Origin: Eubacteriales bacterium
GTDB lineage: Bacteria > Bacillota > Clostridia > Oscillospirales > CAG-272
Length of the DNA: 64,000 nt
NCBI GenBank assembly: GCA_045658315.1
Contig: JAZOUV010000040.1
Location: forward strand, 12,081 to 76,080
Reading direction: 5' to 3'
Shown: positions 28,177-39,281 of the stretch, piece by piece
Numbering within the stretch: the stretch's first letter is position 1
Layout of the letters: each line of letters begins with the position of its first letter
Made by a program: the position numbers and the translations under genes
The notes under the pieces: generated by a model
What the model was told of the DNA's origin: nothing
Seen by the model: only the letters and a program-made list of their open reading frames with translations
Database searches by the model: none

Positions 28177-29001
28177 TTAATTTGCTAAAATCACCGAGCC
28201 GACTGTGATGTCATGGGCATCGACTTCACCCTTTTGAGTAGGCTCAAAGGTATTGATCATAAGCCCTGCAAAGGTCAGCTTCATCTCCGTCTCGGTATTA
28301 TCTCCGAGGTAGATTTTGAAACGGTCTTGATATGTTACATATATATTATATTTTTTTGTAAGATCGATAGACGTAAGACCTTCGGCAAGCTCGTGTCCGC
28401 TGACAGCTTGAATAAAGTTGTTTATGTAATCGAAGGTAAGGTCTTTATCAAATGCAACGGTATCGCCCACAATCGCACTTTTAATACCCGAAAAAATTAT
28501 TCTTATTATAGGTTGTTCCTCATTCACGGGCAATTCAGTTGTTCTTTCAAGCACTCTGAGCGTTTCCGACAGAATAAAATACTCGCCGCATATTTCCGTA
28601 AAATATTTAGGCTGATCTTCAGAGATCTTAAAGGTCAACGTTGAAGGAAGAGTACGTCTGATGACAACATTACTGACATAGGGATATTCCGCAATTATAG
28701 AACCTTTAGCAGTTTTTTTGTTTATAGCATAAAGGTTTTGACCTACCGATATTCCGCTTACTTCAATTATCTGCTCGGACGTATATCGCTCATTTCCCTT
28801 GACGTCAATAGTTTCGATTTTCAGAAACAGTGCCATACAGATTATCACGAATATAAAACACAGTACAATCGAGAGTAATATATAATTTATACGCCGAAAT
28901 ATTTTTTTATGCCTTTTTTTAGCCATCAACCTTTCGAGAGTATCACGGTTAACAATTTCAGCATTGGACAATTCCGGATTATTATACGTTTCTCTGTCCA
29001 T
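28177..29001 (-). CDS. ftsQ: cell division protein FtsQ/DivIB
   Basis: N-terminal TM then a POTRA domain (IETIDVKGNERYTSEQIIEVSGISVGQNLY). Positioned between murG and ftsZ. Confidence 0.85.
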   Translation of the reverse strand: MDRETYNNPELSNAEIVNRDTLERLMAKKRHKKIFRRINYILLSIVLCFIFVIICMALFLKIETIDVKGNERYTSEQIIEVSGISVGQNLYAINKKTAKGSIIAEYPYVSNVVIRRTLPSTLTFKISEDQPKYFTEICGEYFILSETLRVLERTTELPVNEEQPIIRIIFSGIKSAIVGDTVAFDKDLTFDYINNFIQAVSGHELAEGLTSIDLTKKYNIYVTYQDRFKIYLGDNTETEMKLTFAGLMINTFEPTQKGEVDAHDITVGSVILAN

Positions 29002-29004
29002 ATC

Positions 29005-30123
29005 CTATTTCCTTTTTATTTTTTTATCATCTACAAGCTTTCTTACACCGTTATAAATAAGCTCGTTTGTATTTTCAACAGCAAAGCCGCCGATATTTTT
29101 TTTCATATTCTGAAGTTTTTCATCATCATCCAGCAGTTCTTCAACTGCTTTAACCAACACGCCTTCGTCAAGAGACTTCTCTTCAAACACCACAGCGGCA
29201 TTTTTCTTTTCAAGCTCAACAGCGTTTTTATACTGGTGATTATCGGTAACGTTAGGAGAGGGGATAAGTATGCAAGGCTTTTTCATCATTGCAAGCTCCG
29301 ACAATGTCATAGCCCCTGCTCTTGCGATTACGAGGTCAGCTGCCGCCATCTTTCTCGGCATATCATAAATATATTCAACAAGCTGCAGGTTCTCGTATTT
29401 CTCAAGTCCGTACTCACGGAAAGTCTTTATTGCGGTCTCTTTTTCAATAGCTCCCGATGCATGTATATGAAGTATTTCCGGGTGCTTCGACGAATAGTCT
29501 CTCATAACCTTGAGCATTTCGCCGTTAACACGCATAGCACCCATACTGCCGCCGTATGAAAGCAACAGCTTTTTATAGCCGCCCTTTACCTCTGATATGT
29601 CGGAATCGGAAGACACAAAGCCTCCTATAAGGGGATTGCCTACCCTCACCGCCTTTTCGGGATATTTCAATTTGTTTATAGTTGCTTCAAAATTTGTATA
29701 CACAATGTCAACGTATTTTTCAAGCATTCGTACAGCCACACCGGGAAGTGCGTTTGACTCATGCAAAACTGTAGGAATACCCATATCAGCCGCCGCTTTT
29801 ACCACAGGCCAACATACGTAACCACCCGTACCGATAACAACGTCGGGCTTAAATCTCCTGACGAGTTTTTTCGCCTTAAACACCGATGTTACCGCCAAAT
29901 AGACAGTCTTAATATTAGAGAGAGAGAGCTTACGTTTCAGTCCCTGTATCTCGATATGATATACCTCATACCCAAACTTTGGAACAAGCTTATTTTCAAT
30001 TCCCCTGCCCGTACCGACAAAGGCAATTACACTGTCTTTTTCTTTTTCGCGAATTGTATTGGCTATGGCAATAGCGGGATTTACGTGTCCGCCCGTTCCG
30101 CCGCCCGTCATAAGTACTCTCAC
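29005..30123 (-). CDS. murG: UDP-N-acetylglucosamine--N-acetylmuramyl-(pentapeptide) pyrophosphoryl-undecaprenol GlcNAc transferase MurG
   Basis: Start trimmed to GTG 30123 (VRVLMTGGGTGGHVNPAIA), 7 nt after SD GAAGGAGG. C-terminal ARAGAMTLSELA. Confidence 0.93.
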   Translation of the reverse strand: MRVLMTGGGTGGHVNPAIAIANTIREKEKDSVIAFVGTGRGIENKLVPKFGYEVYHIEIQGLKRKLSLSNIKTVYLAVTSVFKAKKLVRRFKPDVVIGTGGYVCWPVVKAAADMGIPTVLHESNALPGVAVRMLEKYVDIVYTNFEATINKLKYPEKAVRVGNPLIGGFVSSDSDISEVKGGYKKLLLSYGGSMGAMRVNGEMLKVMRDYSSKHPEILHIHASGAIEKETAIKTFREYGLEKYENLQLVEYIYDMPRKMAAADLVIARAGAMTLSELAMMKKPCILIPSPNVTDNHQYKNAVELEKKNAAVVFEEKSLDEGVLVKAVEELLDDDEKLQNMKKNIGGFAVENTNELIYNGVRKLVDDKKIKRK

Positions 30124-30152
30124 GCTTAGTGCCTCCTTCGGCAATGTAAAAA

Positions 30153-31400
30153 TTATTTATCTTGATATGAGAATCTCGAAATCGAAAGTACAACGCCCAT
30201 TTCAAGCAACAGCATTACCAGCGATGAGCCGCCGTAGCTGAAGAAAGGAAGTGAAATACCTGTATTTGGAATAGAGTTCGTAACAACAGCAATATTAAGC
30301 ACCGCCTGAATCGCAACCTTTGATACTATACCTATTACAACCAATTTTGAAAATATATCGGGAGCCTTTTGAGCGATAACCACCCCTCTCCAAATAAATG
30401 CCGTAAATAAACAAATAGTCGCTACAGCACCTACAAAGCCTAACTCCTCGCATATAATTGCAAAAATAAAGTCATTCTGCGGCTGTGAAACAAACATATG
30501 CTTTTGTAAGCTGTTGCCAAGTCCAACGCCGAAGAAACCGCCCGAACCTACCGCATTCATACCCTGAATCGTCTGCCACGTTTCCGATTGACTCGAATAG
30601 TTTTCAGGGTGCAGCCAAATATCGATTCTCGCCTTCGCATAAGGCACTAACATAATAACACCGAGCAACACAGAACCGAATATTCCCGCCGCTCCGAAAA
30701 GCCACGTCAGCTGACCGCCTGCCGTAAATATAACACACGTGCCGATAAGAAACAGAATAATAACACCCGAAAAGTGTTTCTCCAATGCTATCAACACACA
30801 TACAACGATAACAATTGCATAAGGAATAGCCAGTTTTCTTACAACAGGCTCTAACTTAAATGTTCTTCTTTCAAGATATTGCTCTCTGTCGGAAAAATAT
30901 TTCGCAAGTCTGAGTACAATACCAAGCTTCATAAACTCCGAGGGCTGAATGCCGATACCCGTACCGGGAATATAAAGCCATCTCAGAGCTTCACCTTCGG
31001 CTGTACCGAAAACAAGAACCGCAATAAGCAGACCGATAACTACGGTAAAATACGCATTGGTATATTTTTTTATCGTTCTGTAATCAATAAAATTTGCAAC
31101 GAACAGCATACCGAGAACACCGACGGCAACGAACATGATCTGCCTTTCGATGAAATAATAGCTGTTCCCTTTGGAAGCAAGGGCATACGCGTAGCTGGCA
31201 CTGAATACCATCACCGACCCAAAGCATATCATAACGATAACCAGTATCAAAAAGGTTCTATCCATATCACCCTTGATTCTTACGATATCATTATCCTTGA
31301 CTATATCTCTTTTTATTACAGGGCGTTTTTTTCTTTTAACAGAAATATCCGCTTTTTTTCTTGCCGCCCTTTTTTCTTTAGCTTGAACATTTTTGTTCAT
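30153..31400 (-). CDS. ftsW: SEDS-family FtsW/SpoVE
   Basis: 415 aa, polytopic, GISLPFFSYGGSSLVM. Sits in the dcw position between mraY and murG. Confidence 0.88.
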   Translation of the reverse strand: MNKNVQAKEKRAARKKADISVKRKKRPVIKRDIVKDNDIVRIKGDMDRTFLILVIVMICFGSVMVFSASYAYALASKGNSYYFIERQIMFVAVGVLGMLFVANFIDYRTIKKYTNAYFTVVIGLLIAVLVFGTAEGEALRWLYIPGTGIGIQPSEFMKLGIVLRLAKYFSDREQYLERRTFKLEPVVRKLAIPYAIVIVVCVLIALEKHFSGVIILFLIGTCVIFTAGGQLTWLFGAAGIFGSVLLGVIMLVPYAKARIDIWLHPENYSSQSETWQTIQGMNAVGSGGFFGVGLGNSLQKHMFVSQPQNDFIFAIICEELGFVGAVATICLFTAFIWRGVVIAQKAPDIFSKLVVIGIVSKVAIQAVLNIAVVTNSIPNTGISLPFFSYGGSSLVMLLLEMGVVLSISRFSYQDK

Positions 31401-31401
31401 A

Positions 31402-32385
31402 TTACATTATACCCCAATATGCCGCTAAACAGAACAGTGCGGTAACCAGACTGAATACACCGACAATTTTAAGTTCGCTCCAGCCGCATTTTTCAAAATG
31501 GTGATGAATCGGACTCATTTTGAATATTCTCCTTCCGGTAAGCTTGAAGGAAGCAACCTGAAGCATAACCGACAGAGTTTCTGCAATATATACTATACCC
31601 GCAACAACGATGATGAGAGGTCGGTTTACAAGAAAAGCCAAACCAACAACGGTTCCGCCGAGAAACAGCGATCCCGTATCTCCCATAAAAACTCTTGCCG
31701 GATAGAAATTGTAAACTAAAAAGCCTATACAACAGCCTACCGTCAAGCCCGACATAATAATTCCGTCATTAAAGCCGAAGGCAAATGCAACAACGGCAAA
31801 AAATCCGCCCACTATAGCGGTTATACTTGCCGCAAGTCCGTCTATTCCGTCGGTAAGGTTAACACTGTTTACAACACCGGTAATAAGAATAAGAGCAAAT
31901 ACATAATAGAAGATACCGAGCTTCCATTCAACATTTACAAAAGGAACCTTCAGCACTGTTGTAAGTCCGCCCTTCCATACCATAAAAAAGAGGTAGAGAG
32001 CAGAGACAACGAGCTGTAGCAAATATTTCTGTCCTGCTGACAGACCTTCGTTTTGCTTTTTAAAAAACTTTGCATAGTCGTCAATAAAACCGATGGTACC
32101 GCAAAGAAATGCAAATACAAAGGTAATGCACACACGCCACATATCTATATCCGCTTTACTTGAGCCCGCCCATATCGCAACGGCAATAAAAACGATAACA
32201 GCCGCAAATATAAAGCCGAGTCCGCCCATAGTCGGTGTACCCTCTTTTGATTTATGCCAACGGGGACCTATTTCAAGTATCTTTTGTTCCATTTTAATGC
32301 TTTTTAACATGGGGATAAGTTTGCGTTCTGCCAAGACGGTCAGTATCAACGATATTGCCAAAGCAACTACAAAATACAAATACAT
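31402..32385 (-). CDS. mraY: phospho-N-acetylmuramoyl-pentapeptide transferase MraY
   Basis: KSKEGTPTMGG, NLTDGIDGLA, VFMGDTGSL, PIHHHFE. Confidence 0.95.
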   Translation of the reverse strand: MYLYFVVALAISLILTVLAERKLIPMLKSIKMEQKILEIGPRWHKSKEGTPTMGGLGFIFAAVIVFIAVAIWAGSSKADIDMWRVCITFVFAFLCGTIGFIDDYAKFFKKQNEGLSAGQKYLLQLVVSALYLFFMVWKGGLTTVLKVPFVNVEWKLGIFYYVFALILITGVVNSVNLTDGIDGLAASITAIVGGFFAVVAFAFGFNDGIIMSGLTVGCCIGFLVYNFYPARVFMGDTGSLFLGGTVVGLAFLVNRPLIIVVAGIVYIAETLSVMLQVASFKLTGRRIFKMSPIHHHFEKCGWSELKIVGVFSLVTALFCLAAYWGIM

Positions 32386-32398
32386 TTTTCTCCCCCTC

Positions 32399-33784
32399 TT
32401 ATTTTACAAGCAATTCAATAACCTTTTCAAGAGCAACGGCTCTGCTTGCCTTGAACAGTACAATATCACCTGACCTAAGGTCATTTTTCAGTATTTCAGC
32501 CAAGCCTTCCGGCTCGGAAATTTTGTTATACCCGACAATAGCCGATTCATCCAGCCCTTCTTCAAGAGCACCTACGGCAATTTCAAGTGCCGAGTCTCCG
32601 TATGTATAAAGACGGTCAATATTAAGCTCTGCGGCATATCTGCCTACCGACTTGTGAAGCTCATCGGAAGTTCTTCCAAGCTCTCGCATTTCTCCCAACA
32701 CTGCAACGGTTCTTCTTTCCTTGCCCAGCTCGGCAAGGACGGAAAGGGACGCTTTCATTGATTCAGGACTTGCATTATAGCAGTCTTCAATTATGGTATA
32801 ACTGTTGTTATCGTATATTTTCTGACGCATTCCCGACGGTGTGTAATTCATGAGTCCGCGTCTAATCTCATCATTGGAAAGTCCTGCCGTTCTTCCCACC
32901 GCAAATGCCGCCATAGCATTATAAACGTTATGCTGACCTAATGCAGGAATCTCAACATCTGCTATCTCCTCATTTTTATACCGCATATCAAATATTGTTT
33001 TATTATCCAATATGCGAATATTCTTTCCGAAGATGTCTGCCTGTCGGTTTTTTATACCAAAGCTTATACTGTTAGGGAATCCATCTTTTTTATCCCAAAG
33101 CAACGGTTCATCACCATTGTACACTAATGTTCCGTCATCTTTAAGTCCTTCAATTATTTCGAGCTTTGCACGTGCAATATTCTCTCTGCTTCCGAGTGCC
33201 TCAAGGTGTGCTGTACCTATATTGGTAATGACAGCCGCATCGGGTCGTGCTATTTTTGCAAGCTGGGATATTTCGCCCAATGCACTCATTCCCATTTCGG
33301 CGACAACAGCCTTATGCAGACTACTCAAAGCAGCCAAGGTCAGACTTATTCCGTAAACAGTATTAAAGTTTCCACCCGATTTATGAGTGGGAAATCTTTC
33401 GGCAAGTACGTATGAAATAAACTCTTTTGTAGTAGTCTTTCCGACACTTCCCGTAACACCCACCGTAAAAGGTGCGTATTTTTCACGACAAGCCGTCGCA
33501 ATATCGGATATAGCCTTAATAGTATCCTCAACTATAATATAGTTACCCTCAAAGTCTTCGGGAAGCTTTTCGCACATAACACAAACAGCCCCGTTTTTTA
33601 CTGCACTGTCAATATACATATGTCCGTCTGTATTTTCGCCCTTTACCGCCACAAAGAGCGTTTTTTCGCCCACCTCACGGGAGTCAATTGATATTTCGCC
33701 TATCTCAATATCAGAATCGGTCTTTCCGCAACAAAGCTCCGCCAATATTCTACTGTCAAACTTTTCAGATAATCCGATAATCAT
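32399..33784 (-). CDS. murF: UDP-N-acetylmuramoyl-tripeptide--D-alanyl-D-alanine ligase MurF
   Basis: VGVTGSVGKTTTKE P-loop and Mur ligase layout. 4-nt overlap with murE. Confidence 0.92.
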   Translation of the reverse strand: MIIGLSEKFDSRILAELCCGKTDSDIEIGEISIDSREVGEKTLFVAVKGENTDGHMYIDSAVKNGAVCVMCEKLPEDFEGNYIIVEDTIKAISDIATACREKYAPFTVGVTGSVGKTTTKEFISYVLAERFPTHKSGGNFNTVYGISLTLAALSSLHKAVVAEMGMSALGEISQLAKIARPDAAVITNIGTAHLEALGSRENIARAKLEIIEGLKDDGTLVYNGDEPLLWDKKDGFPNSISFGIKNRQADIFGKNIRILDNKTIFDMRYKNEEIADVEIPALGQHNVYNAMAAFAVGRTAGLSNDEIRRGLMNYTPSGMRQKIYDNNSYTIIEDCYNASPESMKASLSVLAELGKERRTVAVLGEMRELGRTSDELHKSVGRYAAELNIDRLYTYGDSALEIAVGALEEGLDESAIVGYNKISEPEGLAEILKNDLRSGDIVLFKASRAVALEKVIELLVK

Positions 33785-35232
33785 TTTCCTTTTAACCTCT
33801 TACAAACCGCCCGTGCGGCTATTTCTTTTTCGTTGAAATATTTTTTACCGAAACTGTCTATCTCGTAGTTTTCATGTCCCTTTCCTGCAAGCAGGATTAT
33901 ATCGTTTTCACGGGCATTAAGAATAGCATACTCAATAGCCTCACGCCTATTTTCTATTACAATATGCGGACGTTCTTTGTCTATCCCTTTCATTATTTCA
34001 TTAATAATATCGGTTGAGTTCTCCGAGCGACTGTTGTCTGACGTTACGATAACAAAATCTGCAAGCCGTGAGGCAATCTGCCCCATGACACGTCTTTTCG
34101 ACCTGTCTCGGTCTCCGCCGCACCCGAACAAAACGGTAAGTCTCTGCTCTTCCTTCTTGAAATTGCGTATGCAATAGAGCACTTTTTCCAAAGCGTCGGG
34201 AGAATGAGCATAGTCTATATACACCGAAAAAGGCAGTTCCCCAAGTTCAATCCGTTCAAGTCTGCCCGAAATATTTTTTACGGATAATATCCCCTTCTCT
34301 ATAATATCGGTGTCAACCCCGTCTATATATGCCAAAGCACCTGCCGCCAATGTGTTATACACATTAAATCTTCCGCAAAGATGTGATTTGATTTTCATTT
34401 CTTCGCTCGGTGTTACGAGGGTATAGCTAAATCCGTCTGTCCCTTCGGATACATAATTTTTTATATAAAAGTCCGCAGTCATATCAAGGCATGAATATGT
34501 ATAAATTTTCCCCGACGCAAGACTTGAAACTTGTTTGTAAAAGCTGTCATCAAGATTGTACAGACCGCATGAAGAATTTTGAAACAGCTTTGCCTTTGCC
34601 AAAGCGTATTCATTCATGCTCTTATGGAAATCAAGATGCTCGGGAGTGAGGTTGGTAAAAAGACCGTAATCAAACCTGACTCCGTTAAGCTTATCAAGCC
34701 ATAAGGCGTGAGAAGAAGCCTCCATAACAATTTTTTCAATTCCCAAGTCAAAGGCGTTTTTGAGAATTTTGAAAAAGTCTTCGGAATCGGGCGTTGTCAG
34801 ACCGCCGTCAAGAGTTCCGACGGTTTTTACTCTTTGTTGTGCAAGGGAATATATATTCGACAGTATTCTGCAGGTAGATGTTTTCCCGTTAGTTCCCGTA
34901 ACTCCTACAAGCTTCAACATTCTTTCGGGATTGCCGTACGATTTTGCACACATGAGAGCCAATACAGCTCTTGTGTTTTTTACTCTAATATAGGGAAGCT
35001 CTGACAGAATGACGCTTTCGGTTACGCTTTCAACGACGAGCACCACAGCTCCTCTTTGTTTTGCAGTGCAGGCAAAGCTATGCCCGTCATTGTGCATACC
35101 CTTTATGCATACGAATATGTAACCGTTTTCAACCTCGCAGGCACGGGATGTAACCCCTTTAATCTCAAGGTCAAAACGCACAACGTTTGTCTGCAGAACT
35201 TCGATGTTTTCAAGATAATTATAGAGTTTCAA
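33781..35232 (-). CDS. murE: UDP-N-acetylmuramoyl-L-alanyl-D-glutamate--2,6-diaminopimelate (or lysine) ligase MurE
   Basis: VGVTGTNGKTST, EASSHAL, DYAHSPDALE, GCGGDRD. Confidence 0.92.
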   Translation of the reverse strand: MKLYNYLENIEVLQTNVVRFDLEIKGVTSRACEVENGYIFVCIKGMHNDGHSFACTAKQRGAVVLVVESVTESVILSELPYIRVKNTRAVLALMCAKSYGNPERMLKLVGVTGTNGKTSTCRILSNIYSLAQQRVKTVGTLDGGLTTPDSEDFFKILKNAFDLGIEKIVMEASSHALWLDKLNGVRFDYGLFTNLTPEHLDFHKSMNEYALAKAKLFQNSSCGLYNLDDSFYKQVSSLASGKIYTYSCLDMTADFYIKNYVSEGTDGFSYTLVTPSEEMKIKSHLCGRFNVYNTLAAGALAYIDGVDTDIIEKGILSVKNISGRLERIELGELPFSVYIDYAHSPDALEKVLYCIRNFKKEEQRLTVLFGCGGDRDRSKRRVMGQIASRLADFVIVTSDNSRSENSTDIINEIMKGIDKERPHIVIENRREAIEYAILNARENDIILLAGKGHENYEIDSFGKKYFNEKEIAARAVCKRLKGK

Positions 35233-35294
35233 ATAGCCTTTCCCCCCGAATGTTTAAAATATTTATTTAAACATCCGCAGAGAAGCTGCATTTT

Positions 35295-37553
35295 TTAGTC
35301 TGTACCGTCAGTATGTCTTAATTGAATGGTTATCAATGTTCCATTAGGCACCAACGTACCCTCTGCAAGTGACTGGCTTACTACTCGTGCACCCGCCCCC
35401 TCATCAAAGTTCATTGCCCCGTCAACTTTAATGTTGAATCCGGCATTTGTAAGGGTTCTGTTTGCCACCGTAGCCGTCATTCCGACAACATTCGGAACTT
35501 TTATCTGTTTACTCTGCTCGGGAGTTGCATTTCCGAGATAGAGTATTACTTTACCGCTGCTCATAAGAACCGAGCTTCCGCCGGGCGGTACCTGAGACAC
35601 GACCGTCGGTCCCTCTCCTTCCAACTCATATTCAAGGTGTTGGTTTCTTACGTTCATAATTGCACTTTCCACAGTACGTCCTGTGTAATCCCAAACCTGA
35701 ACATGTGCACGTTTTTGTTCTTCTTCATCAAGGGAGCTTTCTATTCCCATATAGGGTAAAACTTCTTCAAGAAGCTCTGAAATATATGGTGCTGCAACCA
35801 TACTTCCGTAAATAACTCCTCCGAGAGGCTCGTCGCACACTATAAGAACAGCTATCTGTGGGTCGTCTGCGGGAGCATAAGCAACGCAGGAGCCAACGTA
35901 CAGATATGATTCGCCTGCTTCGTTAAGTATATCCCTCTTCTGAGAAGTACCGGTTTTGGCGGCTACCTTATAACCTAAAACGTATGCATTTTTTGCACCG
36001 CCGTCTCCGGAAACACCCTCTTCAAGCACTGTTGAAATATACTCAGAAGTGCTCTTGCTTATAACCTGTCTCTTTACGTTTGTTTCGTAACTCTCAATAA
36101 TATTGCCTTCCGAATCAACAACCTTATCAAGCATATGTGGAGTTACCACGTAACCGCCGTTTGCAACAGAGGCTATTGCCGTAATCTGCTGAATGGGCGA
36201 GGTCTTAAAGGTCTGACCGAAAGAATAAACCGACAGTTCAACATTCTTCAATCCCGATCTGCCTACATAAATACCATCGGCTTCTCCGCGTAGGTCAATT
36301 CCCGTTTTGCTTGTATAGCCGAAGGAATTAAAGTAATCGTAGAACAGATCAGAACCTATTCTGTGACTTACCGTAACCAATGTAGGGTTACAAGACTGCT
36401 GAAGCATCTCAGAGAACACCCTTGTTCCGTGTCCCGTTAGCTTGTGGCAGTGAATCGGCTTTGGATAACCGTCAACTCTAATGTAGCCTCTGCAAGTAAA
36501 AGACTCCAAAGGGTCTATCAGATTTTCTTCAATAGCCATAGATGCCGTAACTACTTTAAATGTAGAACCGGGCTCATACAACCATGAAACTGCTCTGTTG
36601 TTCCATGACGAGAACAAAAGCTCATTATATTTAGCCGAATATTCTTCGCTGTCGCTCGGCAAAGCCAGCTCGTCGAGCTTAGCCTGATAAACATCGTTCA
36701 ATTTTCCGGGAGCATTGAGATCAAAGGTAGGATACTGTGCCATAGCAAGTATTCCGCCCGTATTAACATCCATTACAATACCCGTTACACCACCGCCGGA
36801 AACGGATTCTTCGTATGACAGCTTAATCTGTTTTTCAAGAAGCTGTTGAATACGCATATCAATGGTAGTTACAATATCATAACCGTTCTGAGCATTGATA
36901 TAGCTTTCATACTTGAAGGGCATATCCATGCCGAGACCGTTTTTTGCTGTTATATATCTGCCGGGAGTTCCCGTCAAATATTTGTCATACTGAAGCTCAA
37001 GACCGTAGCTTCCGCCATCCGTACCCATAAATCCGATAACGTTTGCCGCCAAGGCGTCATAGGGGTAATATCTTTTGGTCGTTGCCTCAAGATGTATTTG
37101 TTTGGACAGATCGTTTTCCTCAATAAAAGCACGAACTCTGTCCGCATCTTCTTTTTCTACGTTTCTCTTAACAGTTTCATCTGCTCTGTTTTCTCTCAAA
37201 GCACGGTTGTATATAGTATCATAATTAACATTCAAAAGCTCAGCAAGATTTCGGCAAATGAATACCGCCTGCTCGTTGTCTACAATATCGACGGGAGAAA
37301 TAAACACACGCCAAACTGAAACGTTAGTCGCAAGCACAACACCATTTTTGTCAAGTATCTCACCGCGTTCCGCAGATACGGTACTGGTTCTTTGAACATT
37401 GTCGGAAACACTTCTCTGATACTCTTTGTGATGTATAACCTGCATCCAAAAAAGCCTGCCTACAAGAACACCCCAAAATACTACAAAAAATAACAACAAA
37501 GCAGTGCTGCGTCTTTTTATAAACTTATTCAATTTACCGTTCATTTTCCCCAC
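35295..37553 (-). CDS. class B penicillin-binding protein (FtsI/SpoVD-type) with C-terminal PASTA domains
   Basis: 752 aa. N-terminal TM, transpeptidase motifs STFK (EPGSTFKV) and KTGT (AAKTGTSQ), PASTA (VPNVVGMTATVANRTLTNAGFNIKVDG). Start is approximate to within +/-9 nt. Confidence 0.9.
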   Translation of the reverse strand: MGKMNGKLNKFIKRRSTALLLFFVVFWGVLVGRLFWMQVIHHKEYQRSVSDNVQRTSTVSAERGEILDKNGVVLATNVSVWRVFISPVDIVDNEQAVFICRNLAELLNVNYDTIYNRALRENRADETVKRNVEKEDADRVRAFIEENDLSKQIHLEATTKRYYPYDALAANVIGFMGTDGGSYGLELQYDKYLTGTPGRYITAKNGLGMDMPFKYESYINAQNGYDIVTTIDMRIQQLLEKQIKLSYEESVSGGGVTGIVMDVNTGGILAMAQYPTFDLNAPGKLNDVYQAKLDELALPSDSEEYSAKYNELLFSSWNNRAVSWLYEPGSTFKVVTASMAIEENLIDPLESFTCRGYIRVDGYPKPIHCHKLTGHGTRVFSEMLQQSCNPTLVTVSHRIGSDLFYDYFNSFGYTSKTGIDLRGEADGIYVGRSGLKNVELSVYSFGQTFKTSPIQQITAIASVANGGYVVTPHMLDKVVDSEGNIIESYETNVKRQVISKSTSEYISTVLEEGVSGDGGAKNAYVLGYKVAAKTGTSQKRDILNEAGESYLYVGSCVAYAPADDPQIAVLIVCDEPLGGVIYGSMVAAPYISELLEEVLPYMGIESSLDEEEQKRAHVQVWDYTGRTVESAIMNVRNQHLEYELEGEGPTVVSQVPPGGSSVLMSSGKVILYLGNATPEQSKQIKVPNVVGMTATVANRTLTNAGFNIKVDGAMNFDEGAGARVVSQSLAEGTLVPNGTLITIQLRHTDGTD

Positions 37554-37674
37554 CCCCGAGAGAGTTTACAGCATTCTGCCCCAATCAACCAAAAGAGAGT
37601 AAAGAGTATATTCACAATACACCACTCTACTCTCATCTACGCAAAAACGCCTTACGATTAAATTTTATTCAGCT

Positions 37675-38265
37675 TCAGTTGATATATTCCACCAATTCTC
37701 TGAAATTCTCACCAATGGAACTCATAACCGTGTTTATCAGACTGTCTTCTGTGGTTTCGGGCTCTACAACCTCGATTTTATCTTCATTGCCGATAACAAC
37801 ATATTGTTTTTTTACTTCATCGGCTTTTACCATCCCAAGTTCATTCACAGCAGCATCTTCGATGACTCTAAGGTCATTCTTCAGTTCGACATCCAATCTC
37901 AATTCTTCTTCTTGCTTCTGGAGTTCGGACAATTTATTCTGGAGTGCCGAGATATCCTGGGTAAACTCATTGATCTGAGCCATGGTAAGCATCATGAACA
38001 TGAACAGGACAGTGCAGATAACTGACACAAACACTACAGAAGTCGGAAAAGGCATGGTTTTCTTCGCCTTAATTGTCCGAACCTTCGGCGTCTCGTTTAC
38101 AGCAGCAACGACTTTTATATTATCTGATTCAAGTGCATGCCTTGCGACAGCACGTGTTTTGTTTCTTGTTTTCGCGGCAATATTTTCTTTTTCGGCAATA
38201 TTCACGTCTCTATGAATATTTTTCGCCTTTTTCTTCTTTTCTTCGTACGACTTTTCGTAAGTCAT
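37675..38265 (-). CDS. ftsL: FtsL-like septation protein with a long Lys-rich cytoplasmic N-terminus
   Basis: Single TM (VVFVSVICTVLFMFMMLTM) followed by a coiled coil (QNKLSELQKQEEELRLDVELKN). Positioned between rsmH and the PBP. Confidence 0.7.
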   Translation of the reverse strand: MTYEKSYEEKKKKAKNIHRDVNIAEKENIAAKTRNKTRAVARHALESDNIKVVAAVNETPKVRTIKAKKTMPFPTSVVFVSVICTVLFMFMMLTMAQINEFTQDISALQNKLSELQKQEEELRLDVELKNDLRVIEDAAVNELGMVKADEVKKQYVVIGNEDKIEVVEPETTEDSLINTVMSSIGENFRELVEYIN

Positions 38266-38339
38266 ATTCCGCTCCCCCTAATTTATTTACCCCTATTATT
38301 CAAAATAACATATCGAAATTCCCTATTTCCGAAATGTTA

Positions 38340-39281
38340 TTATATCCTTTCGGCAACACGAAGCTTTGCACTTCTCGACCTCGGATTTTCTTCAACTTCT
38401 CTTTCTGAAGGCAATATCGGTTTCCTTGATATCAACTTCAAAGCCGGCTGTTTCCCACACATGCACACCGGAAAATCGGGCGGACACGTACAACCTTTTA
38501 TAAGTCCCGCAATAGTCTTTTTGACTATTCTGTCTTCAAGCGAATGGAAGGAAATCACAGCCAACCTACCGCCCTTTTTCAGTCTTTCAACCGCGGCGGT
38601 TATAGCAGGTTCAATAGCATCAAGCTCGCCGTTAACCTCTATTCTTATCGCCTGAAACGTCCTCTTTGCAGGATGAGGACCGTCTATTCTCGCCTTTTGA
38701 GGTATTGCGGCTCTGATTATATCCGATAATTCCGCAGTAGTCTCTATAGGCTTCGCCTCTCTCGCTTGTTCAATAAAGCTTGCAATACGGGGAGCAAATT
38801 TCTCCTCACCGTAATCGTATATTATCTGCTTTAACTTATCCTTAGAATAGGTATTAACCACGTCGTATGCAGTCAAAGCATCGGATTTGTTCATCCTCAT
38901 ATCGAGGTATCCGTCGTTGTTGTAGGAAAAACCTCTTTCGGCCGTGTCAAGCTGATATGACGATACGCCAAGGTCGGCAATCACACCGTCAACAGTCTCT
39001 ATTCCAAGGTTATCAAGTACACTGCCTACATTTCGGAAATTGTCTTTCACAAAAATTACTCTGTCGGAAAACTCAGCCAGTCGTTGCCCTGCCGCTTCGA
39101 GAGCATCGTCATCTCTATCAAGACAAATATGCTTGCCTCCCTCGGTCAACCTTTTTGCAATCTCGTAAGAATGACCGCCGCCGCCCGTTGTCAGATCAAC
39201 ATATATTCCGTCAGGCTTTACATCAAGTCCGTCTATACACTCATTAAGCAGGACGGAGTAATGAGAAAACACAATACTCAT
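38340..39281 (-). CDS. rsmH: 16S rRNA (cytosine1402-N4)-methyltransferase RsmH
   Basis: [44 protein letters not shown]. Confidence 0.95.
   Translation of the reverse strand: MSIVFSHYSVLLNECIDGLDVKPDGIYVDLTTGGGGHSYEIAKRLTEGGKHICLDRDDDALEAAGQRLAEFSDRVIFVKDNFRNVGSVLDNLGIETVDGVIADLGVSSYQLDTAERGFSYNNDGYLDMRMNKSDALTAYDVVNTYSKDKLKQIIYDYGEEKFAPRIASFIEQAREAKPIETTAELSDIIRAAIPQKARIDGPHPAKRTFQAIRIEVNGELDAIEPAITAAVERLKKGGRLAVISFHSLEDRIVKKTIAGLIKGCTCPPDFPVCMCGKQPALKLISRKPILPSEREVEENPRSRSAKLRVAERI

Noticed and set aside
26975-28180. 401-aa plus-strand ORF (and a 250-aa ORF at 27330-28082) antisense to ftsZ
   Set aside because: They lie entirely within the unmistakable ftsZ gene on the opposite strand. The translations are low-complexity, Cys/Ser/Phe-rich and have no SD. 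This is the typical shadow ORF of a biased-composition gene.
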